Shown here: piece after piece, positions 10,805-23,490 of the stretch
Position numbering within the stretch: position 1 is the first letter of the stretch
Layout of the letters: the number at the start of each line of letters is the position of its first letter
Origin: Trypethelium eluteriae
Lineage: Eukaryota
Length of the DNA stretch: 32,070 nt
NCBI GenBank assembly: GCA_051942245.1
Contig: JAVECL010000263.1
Span: 1-32,070, forward strand
Direction: 5' to 3'
Notes under the pieces: generated by a model
Told to the model about the DNA's origin: nothing
Seen by the model: the letters and a program-made list of their open reading frames with translations, nothing else
Databases searched by the model: none
Position numbers and translations under genes: made by a program

Positions 10805-11494
10805 CTACGCATCCTCCTTCAACGGATTCTCCGCTTCCTCCAGAATCCCCTCCCGCACAAGCTCCTCTGGCTTCGGCCGATTCTGCAGCTGCTTCTCCAG
10901 GCTGTCAGCTCGCATGTGGCGCTCGAGCTCGCGCTGCTGCGCCTGCAGGCCGGGTGCGGCGGTCGAGTCGGGGAGGATGTTGCCTGCTCATAAGACAAGA
11001 GGGTCAGATAAATGTGGAGAGGTAACAAAGGAAGGTCAAGTGGATTTGTGTAGAAATGTGTGTCCAGTTGTTGATGAGGGAACACGATGTGGCAGCTAGA
11101 GAGAGTAATGGAAACGCAACGGAAACAGCGACGTACGTTCCACCAAGGTCTCCTTGTCTGGACGGTGCGAAAGACCCTTCTTGAGGTTGTCTGTGATGCG
11201 TTGGCGCTCGAGTTCCTGGGCGGCAGCTTGGAGCGCCCTGCTCCCGTCTCTTGATTAGCGTCGTAGGAGAAAGAAATCGGGAGGCAAAGGTCGGATAGTG
11301 TAGGAACAAACAATTGAGGGAGAGAATTGAGATACTACGTACGGCGCGGCCTTGGTGTCTAACAAAATATGCTTATCCTTCAATTCTTGCTCGTTTGGCC
11401 TTGACTGCAGATGCTTCTCTAGCGAGTTGCGGCGCTCGAGCGGGGAAGGAGAGGTGGTATCTACGCCCTCCGTTGCTGTGTTTTCGGAGGCCAT
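10805..11494 (-). CDS. RPEL-repeat protein (3 repeats, ~143 aa). Exons 11494-11343, 11237-11137, 10983-10805
   Basis: Three repeats after splicing: SLEKHLQSRPNEQELKDKHIL, NLKKGLSHRPDKETLVERNIL and SLEKQLQNRPKPEELVREGIL. Both introns start GTACGT and end CAG. Confidence 0.9.
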
Positions 11495-11935
11495 GGTCAG
11501 GCAAACGATGCAGAGAGCTTTCGCAGGCCTTTTGAGTAAAACTTTGAACTCTAGATACTGCTTGGTGGCGGAAAAGAGGAATTGGAGCTGTGGAAGTTGC
11601 TTGGTCTGAGATTGTTTGTTGTCCTGAGCTGTCAACAATGAGCTGGCCAGGCCTCGACTGATGTCACTTGGTCCCTGCGTGAAGCTTGGAAGCTGGGCAA
11701 ACAACCAATGATGCAGGGATCGACGCCAACACCCATCAAATGCAACTAGATGGAATGGGCTACTGCTGATTTCGTGGGAAGAAAAGATGAAAAGGTCAGT
11801 TTTTATTTAAGTAATAATCACACTGAATCTACAAGAGCGCTTGTACAGATTATTGGATGAGTTTGTCTATACAGGATGGTAAAATACATGTGAATCAATA
11901 TCTTACAAGGTTCTGTCATCTCCTCCACAATAATT

Positions 11936-14900
11936 TCAAGACAGGTCTACTTCCAGGTCACGCACAACAAGCTCACACCTCTGGCACAAGTGCTCAAGCT
12001 CTGGAGCCGCGTATCTCCAGCATCTTCGACATTTGTTTCCCTTTGCTGGTCTCACCAAAGCAGTTCCCAAGGCCCTTCCATCGAGCTCGATCTTTCCTTC
12101 ATATCGCCAGTCCTTGCTCTGCGTATCATCCACTGTTGTCGAAATAGGAGTTCCTTTTGTGACTGATACAGCAGAGACGACGAAGATCGAGGCGAGGTCC
12201 TCGGAACTGACTTGAGTGAGTGGCGTCTCAACAGACTCGGAGAGCAAGAGTATGACATCAGACTCGAGACTTGAGCCCACATGCTTCTCTGACCGAGCAA
12301 CTTCTAGGGCGCCTTTGACGGCAGTGTGGGCGGCAGTAAGATGAGCGATCGTGCGCTCCAGCTCCGGATCCGGTCTAGGCGGAGACGGCATCCATGTCTT
12401 ATGTAGAGGGTTCCCCAGCAATTGTTGCAGCGAGTCTGAAGTATAAGCCCAAACCTCTTGAACGAGCAAAGGTGTGATAGGCCCGAGCATTTGCAGCAGT
12501 GCGTCAAAGATCTGAACGAGGACTGACTGCGCGGCATGCCGGTCGTTGGCTTCGCCCGTGTACAGGCGATCCTTCAGCGTCTCGAAATACAAGGCCGAAA
12601 GATCCTGATTAACGAATCTATTGATTGTATTAACAACCTTGAAGAATTCGTGTGCAGTGTATGAAGCGTGAACTTGATGCGATATTTGCAACAACTGGTA
12701 GAGTGCTATATGGTCCATGAGACACAGTGTTGGAGGATTGCTCTGCGGTTGATAATCGGAAAGAATGCCAAGAAGCCATTTAAAGGTGACGCGATATTTG
12801 TGCAAGCTCTGGTTCACGCCTTGGAGGGCAGTTTGGCCAACCACAACATCTTTGGTATAGTCGCTTCCTGCGACCCAAAGTCGAAGAGCATCTGGACCCA
12901 TAGCATCATAAGAAACGCTGCTATTTTCCTTCAGATCTAGATTTCCCTTTTGTTTCTTCTGCTTGAGAGGCGGTAGCAAAGAGCCATCCATAATTTGCTG
13001 CGGTGAGATTACATTGCCAACGGACTTGCTCATCTTTCGACCATCTTGATCCAGGACGAATCCATGCGTGATTAGTGTTTTAAACGGTGCTTTTGGCGAG
13101 ACAGGGTCTTTGTTCGTTTTTGAGCTTTGATGTGCAACATAAGTCAAGAGTGAGGACTGAAACCATCCCCGATGCTGATCAGTGCCTTCTAGGTAGATAT
13201 CTGTAAGATAGTCTCGAGTGTCGCTGGATGGAATCATGGTCCAGGTTGTTCCGCTATCAAACCAAACATCCATTGTGTCCCTTCCGCGAGTGAAGGGACC
13301 ATCAAGCCACGGAGGAATCCATGCTGGATCATTATCTTGATCCTTCCACCAGGCATCAATGCCCCGGTCTTTGATGGCTCTAATGATGTGGTCAATGGTG
13401 TCGCCTGTCATGACTGCTTCGACCCCAGTTGCAGTCCTTTGGTATAGTGCTGGGATAGGCACACCCCAAGCTCGCTGACGAGACACGCACCATTGGCTCC
13501 GGCCTTCAACGAAGCTTTGTAGCCTTATTTTTCCAGACTCCGGCAGAAATTGTACGCTATCGAGAGCATGTAAGGCATCTGCTTTAATGCCATCAACATC
13601 GGCGAACCATTGCTCGGTCGCCCGGATAATTACTGGTTGCTTCGTCCGCCAATCAATGGGGTACTTATGCTGCAATTGATGAGAGGCAAGAAGAAGGCCA
13701 CGACTCTCTCCGAGGACTTCACCAAATCTTTTCAAATAATTTAGCACCGCGACTGTTCCCTCCGTCTGCACCGCTTTACCAGTCAAGTAATCAGGCATGT
13801 CGGGCATTGCCTCTCTTGTGAAACAGCCTTGGTCATCAACAGGGGCAAAAGTGTCGATACCGTGAGGATAACAGACATCATAGTCTTCTTGACCATGACC
13901 AGGGGCCATATGGACAAGACCAGAGCCACTTGAAGAAGTAACGAAGGGCGCGTCTAAGAATGGTTGGGCTTGTGATTGGCTGCCTCGAAGTACGTTGATG
14001 TACTTTGTCTGCCCAATAAGATCTGAACCTAAGATGCTGTCGACGATGATGCTTGGTGGTTCAGATGCAGGCATGTGCGAGACGATAGCCTCAAGCCGAT
14101 CCTTTCCAACTAGAAGCATCGTAGACTTGGTTGGTGCTTTGCCGTCTGGCACGGCAATGACAGTGTATTCAAGGTCGCGATGGACAGCAATCGCTTTGTT
14201 TGCAGGTAATGTCCATGGTGTAGTCGTCCAGATTACAACGTAAAATCGCGAGACACTGTCTTTGAGATGTCGAAGTTTTGGGGGCAATTCAACGATAGGA
14301 AACTTCACATAAGCGGCGATTGAGGTATGCCTTTCGTCGTATTCGAGCTCTGCTTCGGCCAGTGCTGTATGTGAGGATGGTGACCAGTACACCGGTTTCT
14401 TCTGGCGATAAATCAACCCTAGATTACGTTAGTTCGAGGTACGCGTCGAAATCTCAGTGTGTGAGCTCGCGTAAAATTAAAATACAATCATCTGATATCT
14501 ATGGGAAGTCTCACCCTTTTCGACCATATCTTTGAATATCTTCAACTGCCTCAATTCAAACTCCTTATCCATGGTACGATATGCATGATCCCAATCGCCC
14601 ATGATGGCCCACTGCTTGAAGCCTGCCTTCTGTTCCTCGACCGTCCTCTCTGCTAGCTTCCTTGCTGCTCGTCGGACTGCGATTGCATTTCCCCCTTGAC
14701 TATCCTCAATCGCAGCTTTCCCATCTCCCGAGCTGAGCTCCTTATGTTGTTGCAAAGCCTTGATTTCAATGGGTAGACCATGGCAGTCCCAGCCCGGTAT
14801 ATAATGCACCCTCTTTCCTTGACTGAGTTGAAATCTGCAGACCATATCTTTCAGGATCTTGTTGAGGGCATGGCCAATATGCAGGCTTCCATTAGCATAT

Positions 14901-15112
14901 GGAGGGCCATCGTGAAGAACAAATGTGTCATGATTATCGGCAGAAGCTTCAAATCGAGCTGAGCTCTGCCAAGCGTAAAGGTCATCGGTACAGCGACGTA
15001 GATAGGTAGGTTGTTCGGCAGCGAAGGGTCGAGGGGGAAATTTCGATTTCGGAAGTTTGAGCGTAGATGACCATGATTTTGGGGCGCGAAGGGTGAAGCT
15101 AGGTTTTAGCAT
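11936..15112 (-). CDS. ISM1: Isoleucyl-tRNA synthetase, mitochondrial (bacterial-type). Exons 15112-14515, 14418-11936
   Basis: LHDGPPYANGSLHIGH, PGWDCHGLPIE, WTTTPWTLP editing motif, EGTDQHRGWFQS, KMSKS and a C-terminal CRRC..CQRC zinc finger. The N-terminus is basic and Ser-rich like a transit peptide. Confidence 0.95.
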
Positions 15113-15716
15113 ACTAACATGGTGAACTCCAGCTTCAGAGGAGCTATCAAAGACCCAATTGGGTTGTGGGTCAACGACAGTTCAGAAGATTGGCGCAGTC
15201 GCAATAACGTGGGAATTGAGGTTGCGGAGGTCTTTTTTTTTTTTGGTCTTCAATGCGGAGACCTTAGGAACGCGACTTGCTTTAGGTAGCCAATACCAGG
15301 CTCTACTCATTCCATTCACTTCCATACATACTCAATTCAGAGACCAGTGAGACAGTTGAGACTATGTCTACCAGCTCAAATTGATGTCCTTCTATGTATT
15401 AGCTGTTGCATATCTGGCACCCATCAAATATACAAAAACGGGATTCGAGGGGGGCGATGGAAGTTGCACTATTGACCAGTGAATTTACATTGCAATAGAG
15501 AAAGCAGTTGACAAATGGCATTACACTTTGTAATTCAAACTATTACACATTTCGTATTCCGGAAACCCCTTCCGTCCAAGTGTTCCCCATTACCCCATTA
15601 TCATATCATCCTTCATGATCCGGTAACTTACGGGTATACGCTCCTGGCAATTAAATGAAACCTTTGACGTCTAATTCTGTGGCCCTCCCTGTTCCCGGGT
15701 TCTTTAGAGATAAGAC

Positions 15717-17079
15717 CTACGCAGCCTCGATCCGCTCTTCCTCGCGGCCCCTTTCCCCACCGTTTGGAGCAGCCGCAGTGTCGGCAACCTCTTCTTCCTC
15801 TTCCTCATCTTCGTCATATTCATCTCCACGGTGTTGGGACGCTGGGACCCACAAGCCAGATTCACGGTTCTGGAGGGGCTGATCCTGATCGGCAAGATCA
15901 ACGGCCTCTCCAGGCTGACGACGAGCAGCATGACGGCGCTGAGATAAAGTACGGGCACGAGTTGAAAGATTGGACTTTACGGCAGCAGACGACTCAACCC
16001 AATTAGTGAGGGCATCTTCGCAGTCCTGGATGATACTGTACGATGAATTAGTATGCTACGATTGTTATTTGGTCCAGTCGAGACTCACGCTTTGCTAGCT
16101 TCATAGCCATCATACGCATTCCTCGTCTCACCTGGAGTGACCGGGGTGTCATCAACCAGCTCCAAAAGATGCTTACCAAAGCCAGCAATGATGGCAAGTT
16201 TTTCTGAGTGCTCGCGTAGAGCATCAAATTGGTAGGTGAACGCAGCCTTGAGCTTCTCACGCGTAATATTGGATAGTTGAGCTTCAGCAACGAGAGACTC
16301 GGCCTCAGCACGGACGAGTTCCTGCTCAAGGACAACAATCTTGGGGGAATTGGGTTCCTTGTACTTGAGCTGAGCGATCTGGTCTGTGATCTTCTGCTTC
16401 CTGTCACGGCTAGGCTGGACTGAAGCTTCTATATTGCGAATGCTCTTGATGGTGACACGGTATTGATCATATCGATCAACAAATTGGTCCTCCAACTCCC
16501 CGATCTCGTAGATTAAGACGCCGAGTTTGTCCGTTACATCAGAGACATCATCGTCACAGGCTTCGCCCCAGAGGGAGAGCTGTTGAGCAACTTCCATTCT
16601 CTCTCTGCCAACCAGCTCCATGCTACGCATGACGTTCTTCTCCATCTTGACGAGCTGGGACAGCTTCTTGGCGAGATCGGGTCCGAATGCACCAGCGGCA
16701 TTCTTACGGAAGTTGTGACCTAAACGATCAAAGTCAGTATAAACTGAGATCACGCAAACAACAGGCCAAAGAGAGAAGGTAACGAATAATGGTAATCATG
16801 GGTCCAATCCACTACCTCATCGACGATTGGCATGAATATAGCCAACCCCCTGGATTGCCCAGTGCACATGCTGGTAATTGTTCGGAAAGCGCCTTGGGTA
16901 TGAAGACCTCGAAAAGAAACAGAACAGCCCCTATGCAAGATGAGAACAGTCAGAGACTTACCAAGATTGGCTCTACCAAAGAAACGGCCGGACTTTGTTG
17001 ACGAGGTTGGTGGAGGGGGGTTCTGGATCTGCGACGCAGTCGGCGCGCGCGACTGGCGCATACTATAAGTTCTGTGCAT
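15717..17079 (-). CDS. PIL1: Eisosome BAR-domain protein Pil1/Lsp1. Exons 17079-16962, 16719-16089, 16035-15717
   Basis: MHRTYSMRQSRAPTASQ start, DDDVSDVTDKLGVLIYE, LEQELVRAEAESLVAEAQLSNITR and an acidic tail, very close to yeast Pil1/Lsp1. The two paralogues cannot be separated by eye. Confidence 0.95.
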
Positions 17080-18055
17080 TGTGAAGGTCGGAGTCTTGGA
17101 TCCGCAAAGCTGATCTGAAGAGAGAGGATATGATTGAGGATGAACAATCGCTAGAAGAGATCACAACAGGAATGCAGCGGAAGAAGAGAAGCGCGAGAGG
17201 TCCAGCTTAGGCGTCGACGTGACAACGAATGACGTCGTTGGTGAATTTCGGAAGCCGGTGTACTAGCCACATATGTACTAGCGACTCCTGCGATCGACAC
17301 CTCTGGCGCACGAGCCACAGCTAAGCCTCTAAATGGCTTTCGCTAATGAGATCAAAGCCGGCATCATTGCATCATCGGCGCTACATGAAGCGCTCTTTGT
17401 CGCATAGTTGTAATTAGCATGTATGCAACCGTTCTGGCTGCCAAGATTCGAATTATATTCATTTCAGTACAAGAGCCCGATCTCGTCTCTTGCAGAAAAA
17501 AAACAAAACAAAAAAAAAAGATAGAGACGTTCTCACCAGCTTCATACTATAGAGTACTCCTTACTATCAGATATAAATTCCAATTACATAATTATTAGTT
17601 GAAGACTACGGATAAACACAGCTGCCCTCGAGTCCTTAGGTATGTACAACAATTCATTGCTCTCCTCCATCGAACATTCAAGTAGCCGTCAATGAACGAT
17701 GCATCCAATTCGCTGAAATCGATTGTTTTGAAATGCTTCTCATGAGTTTGGAGTAGTCATTGCATATTTGACCGTATTCTAATACCTTAGTCGGCTGTAC
17801 TCTCATTTACAATCGAGGAGGACCTTATCGAATTATCGGAGTCTATAATATATGTAGAGTGTCCAATTATCCAGTGAAAAGTTGCGAAAGTATTTCCTAT
17901 TATACATCGATCATCCTTGCAATTATTCCCTGTTCAAGAGTGCTTCATCACATGCAAAATCTGTACATCCTACCTCTTGGCGCATCAACCCGAACATCTG
18001 AGACTTCTTCTCGCTTCAAGCCCCAATACCTCTTCCCTACGTCAGACTTCCAAGA

Positions 18056-19585
18056 TCAACAGCCTCCAAAAGCATGGTTATCACAAGGGACCGGCCCCGT
18101 ACAGTTGAAACCTATCGGATCCTCTACACTATCACATTGATACTGGTATGCCTTCTGTCCCCCCACCAACTCCGTAACCGCAACGTCTTTCACCTCAATC
18201 CCAGGACACGGAGCCGCCGCACTACACTGCATCTGGGCGACCGTCTCATTCGCCGCCGCACTCAACGTCCCATTCGCATGCACAAACTTCACATCCCGGA
18301 TATTGAACTTGCTGGTATCGCAATCCGGCGTCGCGCCATTATACGAGGTACACTGCGTGATCCCAAACGGAATGCTGGTGTTGACCGCCTCGAGCTCGCT
18401 AAACGTGAGGTTCTGGATGAAGCCGAGCCCGCCGCCGCCGCCGTTCGGCGGATACCCCGTCGCCACCCCCGTCCACGTCTTGATGTACGCAATGTACTGC
18501 GTGCGAATCGCGTGGACACGGCGCGCCGTCACGTTCTGGATCGTCTCGAAGCGGCCGTTGTACTGGCCGATGGAGCCGATGGCGATGCCCGTGCCGCCGT
18601 GGCACGTGATGTCCTCCATGAGGATGTTCGTCGAGTTCGCCTTCTGCGAGATGCAGTCGTCGCCGTTGGTCACGTCCCAGTTCCGGAAGGTGATGTTGTT
18701 GGCGTAGATGGTGTCGGCGCCGTCGGTGTTGTCGGTGGAGGCGCTGTCGTTTGACGTGCTGCTCACGTAGATGTTTTGCAGCAGCACGTTCGAGGCGTGG
18801 ATGACGGTCATCGTCCACATTTGGCTTTGGACGAAGCGCATGTTCTCGATGACGGAGTCGTACAGCCCGGTGAAGGTGATTTGATGCGGTCGCCGAGGGT
18901 AGTTGGACTGGCCCTTGTTGAAGTCGTACCAGACTTGCCCGTTGCCGTTGAGAGTGCCGTAGCCATGGCCGTGGAGATGAACATTGGTGCCTCCAAATTG
19001 CCAAGCGGTGGATTGGTTCTGATAGCCCATCGGAAGAGAGCTGTTAAGCCAATAGTTGATGTCTGTACCCCACTGGGATGCTGTCAGTATGCTTCGAAAA
19101 TGCGGCTTGCAGCTTCATTAGGAGTTTTCGTTTGATCGTGCTGACGAACACAACACCAGAGTTGCTTTTATTCAAGACAATGAGAGGCAGTCGTGAACAA
19201 ATATTCCTGCAAGAAACGAATCGTTGACAGCTCGCGGAAATGTTAAGATGATTAAAGAAAGCAAGACTCATTCTTAGATCGGAAGGTCTCTTACCAGCAA
19301 AGTCCCGTTGATCTCGACCTCGCAATTCTTCAATCCCGTTGTGGTCATCACGCTATTGACATGATACGTTTCGTTGAGAAAGGCGATTTTCCCATCCTGA
19401 CCGCACATACGAAAGGCATCAAGGATGGCAGGAGCCGAATCTCCCCCAGAAGGATGCGGCTGTACCACGCATTCCTTGACTTTCGGTGGGGGATGATAAG
19501 GAGGCGGCTTTCCTGCTCCTGACGGTATCGCTGCCAACCCGCTCCAAGCCAGAGCAAGACATATTAAAACAGTTCCTACGAGCAT
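18056..19585 (-). CDS. Secreted glycoside hydrolase family 28 (exo-rhamnogalacturonase/RgxB-like). Exons 19585-19295, 19072-18056
   Basis: Signal peptide MLVGTVLICLALAWSGLA, GGDSAPAILDAF, NTDG, NGDDCIS, IAIGSIGQY and YIKTWTG..PPNGGGGG. There are many N-glycosylation sequons. Confidence 0.9.
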
Positions 19586-20243
19586 TTCGAGAAGCCTGTA
19601 CCAGATCGGTCTGCTCGGAGCCCTCCAAATTGGAGTGGCTGCGGCTGGGGCTTTTTTAGCCTCCCAGCGGGACAACTTTTCATGATGCCCAAGACGTTCG
19701 TCATGATGCATGACCAGAGTGGTGTCGACCCCGTTACCCCGTGTCCGCGTGAAGTGGCTAGTCCGCGTGCCGGCGTTCCCCGTGGGGACGTGAAGTGGAT
19801 GTGCGGAGAAAGAAATGCGGAGCCTCCATGTATTCTGGAAAGACGGCTGAGTATGTTGTGTCGAAAGGTTAGGGCCTGATGTGGTTGTGATTGGCGGGTA
19901 AAGGGCCTTGGTGACGTCGGATCAACAGTGCGCCAAGGAGAAATTCTGTCTAGCCCCCTTAATCCTTGCCTTGCTCGTACAGTATAGGGATCGAGGCTTC
20001 CAAACTTAGCCTAATTGCATTGAACCATACTATCATTTGGGCATCATGGGAACATTTCACTGTGTAACTAGGTAGATTTCCTACCATTCAATAAAGCTTA
20101 ACTAAGGGGCCTCATCATTCATATTACGGTGGTGAAAGGGGGTATCCTGAAAATGAAGGTCTCCGTCGAATGTCATCCTCTTCAGAATCGTCCAACTCCT
20201 TCGAGTCTTCCGCCGTTAATGTTCATGATCTCTTATATCTAAT

Positions 20244-20579
20244 TCAAAAAGTGCGACCCGGATTTTTTCCATGCCCAATGTCCTCAGCTCCTTTGCCGAT
20301 GCGGTGAGCCCCAGACTCAACTCCAGTTCCAATGCTTCCGACAGCATCGCCTATGGGCTGTTTCCATTATTAGATTCCCTCGGCGACGATAGCACAATGG
20401 TGAACCTATCTCACCTTGCCATACTGTCCGGTGGCGGACGTCACCACGTCGCCTACACCGCGTGTGGCAGTACCTGTCACGCTTCCGACAGTTCTCGACA
20501 CACTCCCGACAGTGTTTCCGAGCGTCGAGCCAACAAACTCTGCAGCGCCTGTGACACCGGCATCCTTGTTGTTCGTCAT
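20244..20579 (-). CDS. Small Gly/Thr/Val-rich protein (92 aa) with 11-residue periodicity, unknown function. Exons 20579-20415, 20357-20244
   Basis: caaccATG start, and a phase-0 intron GTGAG..CTAAT..CAG giving MTNNKDAGVTGAAEFVGSTLGNTVGSVSRTVGSVTGTATRGVGDVVTSATGQYGKPIGDAVGSIGTGVESGAHRIGKGAEDIGHGKNPGRTF*. Confidence 0.8.
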
Positions 20580-20790
20580 GGTTGATAAGGAAGCAGTTCC
20601 CAAGGTACAAATAGTCTTGTATGGATAGAGATGGACTTGAGTATACGTGTGGGAAAGGATATGGATGAAAAGTCGCTTGTATGAGGTCTAAATGCTATTA
20701 GATGCTGACGCGTCGAGCTCCATAGATTTAAGCATGTAGGTCAGAGATGGGGGTGCTTGGTTGGTGGGCATTGCAAGAAGGGCTAGCCAG

Positions 20791-20798
20791 TGACGTCA
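20791..20798. promoter_or_regulatory. Perfect CRE/ATF palindrome upstream of the 92-aa gene
   Basis: TGACGTCA about 210 bp upstream of the ATG at 20579. Confidence 0.45.
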
Positions 20799-21160
20799 GA
20801 TCTAAGATCCATGCCGCGTGCCCGCTGAACGGCGATCCTCGGCGATGAAGCACCGAAGATTGGGTAATTTTGATGGTTTGCTCTGGTGTTTTCATTACAC
20901 TCATTACTTCTATTCCCTCATAAGTTTTCAAAATGCTAAACTTCATATCAAGCTCACAAGATCGAAAAGGTAGTTCAACATGCTGCGAGCTGTTTGGTCT
21001 TCTATGATTCTAGGTATGGAGTAGAACTGACGATTGAATTCAGACGCCTCTCTTGCCCAATTTCTAGGAGAATCGATGCCATTGTACTCGAACATCAATC
21101 TGGGTGTGTCGAATTTTTGGCTTCTCTTATAACTATTCCACGTCGCTGGGCGATGAAAGG

Positions 21161-22736
21161 CTAACAACTGACATCCCCCCGAACTAACGCATCAACATTG
21201 ACGCGCTGATAAAAGGAGATATGCCCAAACTGCTCCCAGTATTGTGCCAATCGATCGTGCGAGATCATGATAAGCTGAGTCGCAATGTATTGATCTGTAG
21301 ATTAAGTCAAATCATATTTCATTGTATTAGTTGAAAGAATCAGAAATTGACCTACCATCACGGAATCCACTACCGGCAATGTGTCCGGCGCTTTTAACAA
21401 TCCTGGCGCCTCGGAAAGGGTCTTCTGTAGCTGTTCTGATCAAGCCGTTTGATCCTATGTCGGGCGCGATAAATGTGTATTCCCCCCGTGGGACGTTAGG
21501 ATCACCGGTCAACTTGATCGCCTCAAGACGACCTCGATATCTGGTATCCGAACTCTCAACTTGCCCATAATGACCATGCTCTTTTTCCGCAGTTATCTCT
21601 TCTTCTTCTTCGACTGCCTCCAGTTCTGTCTCATCCGGAGCATTCAAGACAGTCAGAGGATAGGGATTCAATATCGCATGTGTTCCAGTGTCAAAATACG
21701 CTGTGCTGAGGACCGCTTGGCTTCGCCGCTGTCGTACGCCCTCTGGTAGCGGGCGCTCGTCTTCTTTGTTTGGTTGTGTTACCAACAGAAACTCACATCC
21801 ATGACCTGAGTAATCTCCGACCCAGATTCCTTGCCAAGGTTTGTCTAATGTGGGTGTATATGCTTCCTCTTTCAATGTACCATATGTGACCACATCTTCT
21901 CCCATACGCATTGATATACCCCCATGACCTGGAATGCGACTTGTCCCAAATTGCATCCATTTCCTCAGACGAAATGTTCCTGTGCTCATCTCAGATAAGC
22001 ATGAAGGCTTATGACCAATTGCATTGAATTGCTGAGCACTCTCATTGCGAGCTCTCTCTCCTGCTGGTATGATTTGGGGAGGCCAGACCGACGTTCCCGG
22101 ATTGATCAAAGAGGGATCAAGAGGCCTTGTTAACATGAACGTGCTATAGATTCCTTGGCTTCCTGGCCCCGTGTGTGTGTCCATGGGTATCTCACGTTGC
22201 AACCGTTTGTGCAAGGGAGATTCCCTAATACCACAACTCCGGCCATCAGCATGAGCGTAGGGGCCAAGGCGAATGGCTGGAGAATTGAGATCAAGTTGGA
22301 CCTTTGGTGAGAAGGTATGAATGATCACTTCGTCATCGTGAGCCCATAGACTGAATGTATGCATCCCTCGTTCGGCGACGAGCGAATGAGCCTCGATTAC
22401 AGCACGTTGAGGATCGTAACGAGCTAGGAGAAGTTTTCCGGTAGCAGCATTGTCGGCAATCCATAGTTTATTTTTGGGTAGGAACCAGTTCGGGTGAAAG
22501 GTAGCGTAGAGAGTTCGGAACGATGGGTATGGATGTGGTGAGGCAAGAGGCGCGATGCTTGGCAAATTCGCATTGATGACTTTCTGCCACATTGAATCTT
22601 CTAGAGCATGTGTGCGGAGATCACGGCATGTACTCAAGAGATCGACGAGAGTCAAAGTTGGAAGATAGGTAATTATTTCATGGAGAAGCTCGGTGGGTAA
22701 TGACAGTAAAGGAGCTGTCTTTTGCCTTGACTCCAT
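21161..22736 (-). CDS. F-box protein, FBXO31/Pof7-like with C-terminal cyclin-D1-binding-type domain. Exons 22736-21356, 21294-21161 (true start may lie upstream)
   Basis: F-box LLSLPTELLHEIITYLP..STCRDLR, GIWVGDYSGHGCEFLL, AIKLTGDPNVPRGEYTF and a spliced tail ISHDRLAQYWEQFGHISFYQRV. Confidence 0.88.
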
Positions 22737-23451
22737 GGCAAAGATTGAAAGAATGTATGAGGGAGAACGAGGCTGGACGCCTTTTCGAAGTTCGATTCCC
22801 GCAGTCCCGGGCAGAAGCTTTGTCGGAAAAAGTGGTGTCTTTAGGTGTGGGGGTAATGGAGAAGGATCACACTAATGCAGACGATTACCTCTTTCAAATC
22901 CTCAAGACTGAATGTGGAAGATGGCGTCATATGATAGGTCTTCGTCTGTTTGCGCGGTTTCTGTCTTGGCCAATTGGAGATTGTGAAGATGGACCTTCTA
23001 ATACCCGTCTAGCCTGCTCTGTGTGTGGGGATGGCGGAGACTGCTGGGTAGCTACTTGTTGTGATATTCCGTTTGTTGATGAGTGGCATGGATGAATTTC
23101 ATAGTGTTTTTGGAATCAGGACTAAGGGGTCTTGCGTCCTTCCTGTCGTATTTCCATTGTTGGACGGTTGAAGCAGTATCAACAGCTCAAGTGCTGCCAA
23201 AGCCCCGCGAATTAGCAGAGGTAGTGGTGATGATGCAATGGAAGATCGGCGGCGGTCATGTTTCGCCGAGGCAAGGATGGGTGGAAATTGGCCGGTCGCC
23301 AAATAGGATTCTCATTAGGGAGCTCTCCCGAAGGAACATTGATCAAAATGTTGAAACTTGACATTTGAGACGATTGAGACAATCTGCTAGCTTTTCTCAA
23401 GTTTTGTGTGCCGTGTACTTCCGACCAATGGCGGGGTCTTGACATGACAGT

Positions 23452-23490
23452 CGCGAAACACGCAGGTGGTACTCTAGAGTAAACGCGCGC
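23452..23490. promoter_or_regulatory. SCB/MCB-like (CGCG-core) elements in the divergent promoter of the F-box and coiled-coil genes
   Basis: CGCGAAA at 23452-23458 and AAACGCGCGC at 23481-23490. Confidence 0.4.

Noticed and set aside
18074..19004. Long antisense and alternate-frame ORFs over GH28 (likewise over the hydrolase and coiled-coil genes)
   Set aside because: These are shadow ORFs caused by high third-position GC and scarce stop codons.
19586..19711. In-frame upstream ATG extending GH28 by 42 aa
   Set aside because: The signal peptide begins at the 19585 ATG and the extension would bury it, so it is probably 5' UTR or promoter.
22737..22930. Possible extra 5' exon of the F-box gene (ATG 22930, intron 22888-22839, in frame)
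   Set aside because: It needs a rare AAG acceptor with a weak branch point and cannot be supported without transcripts.
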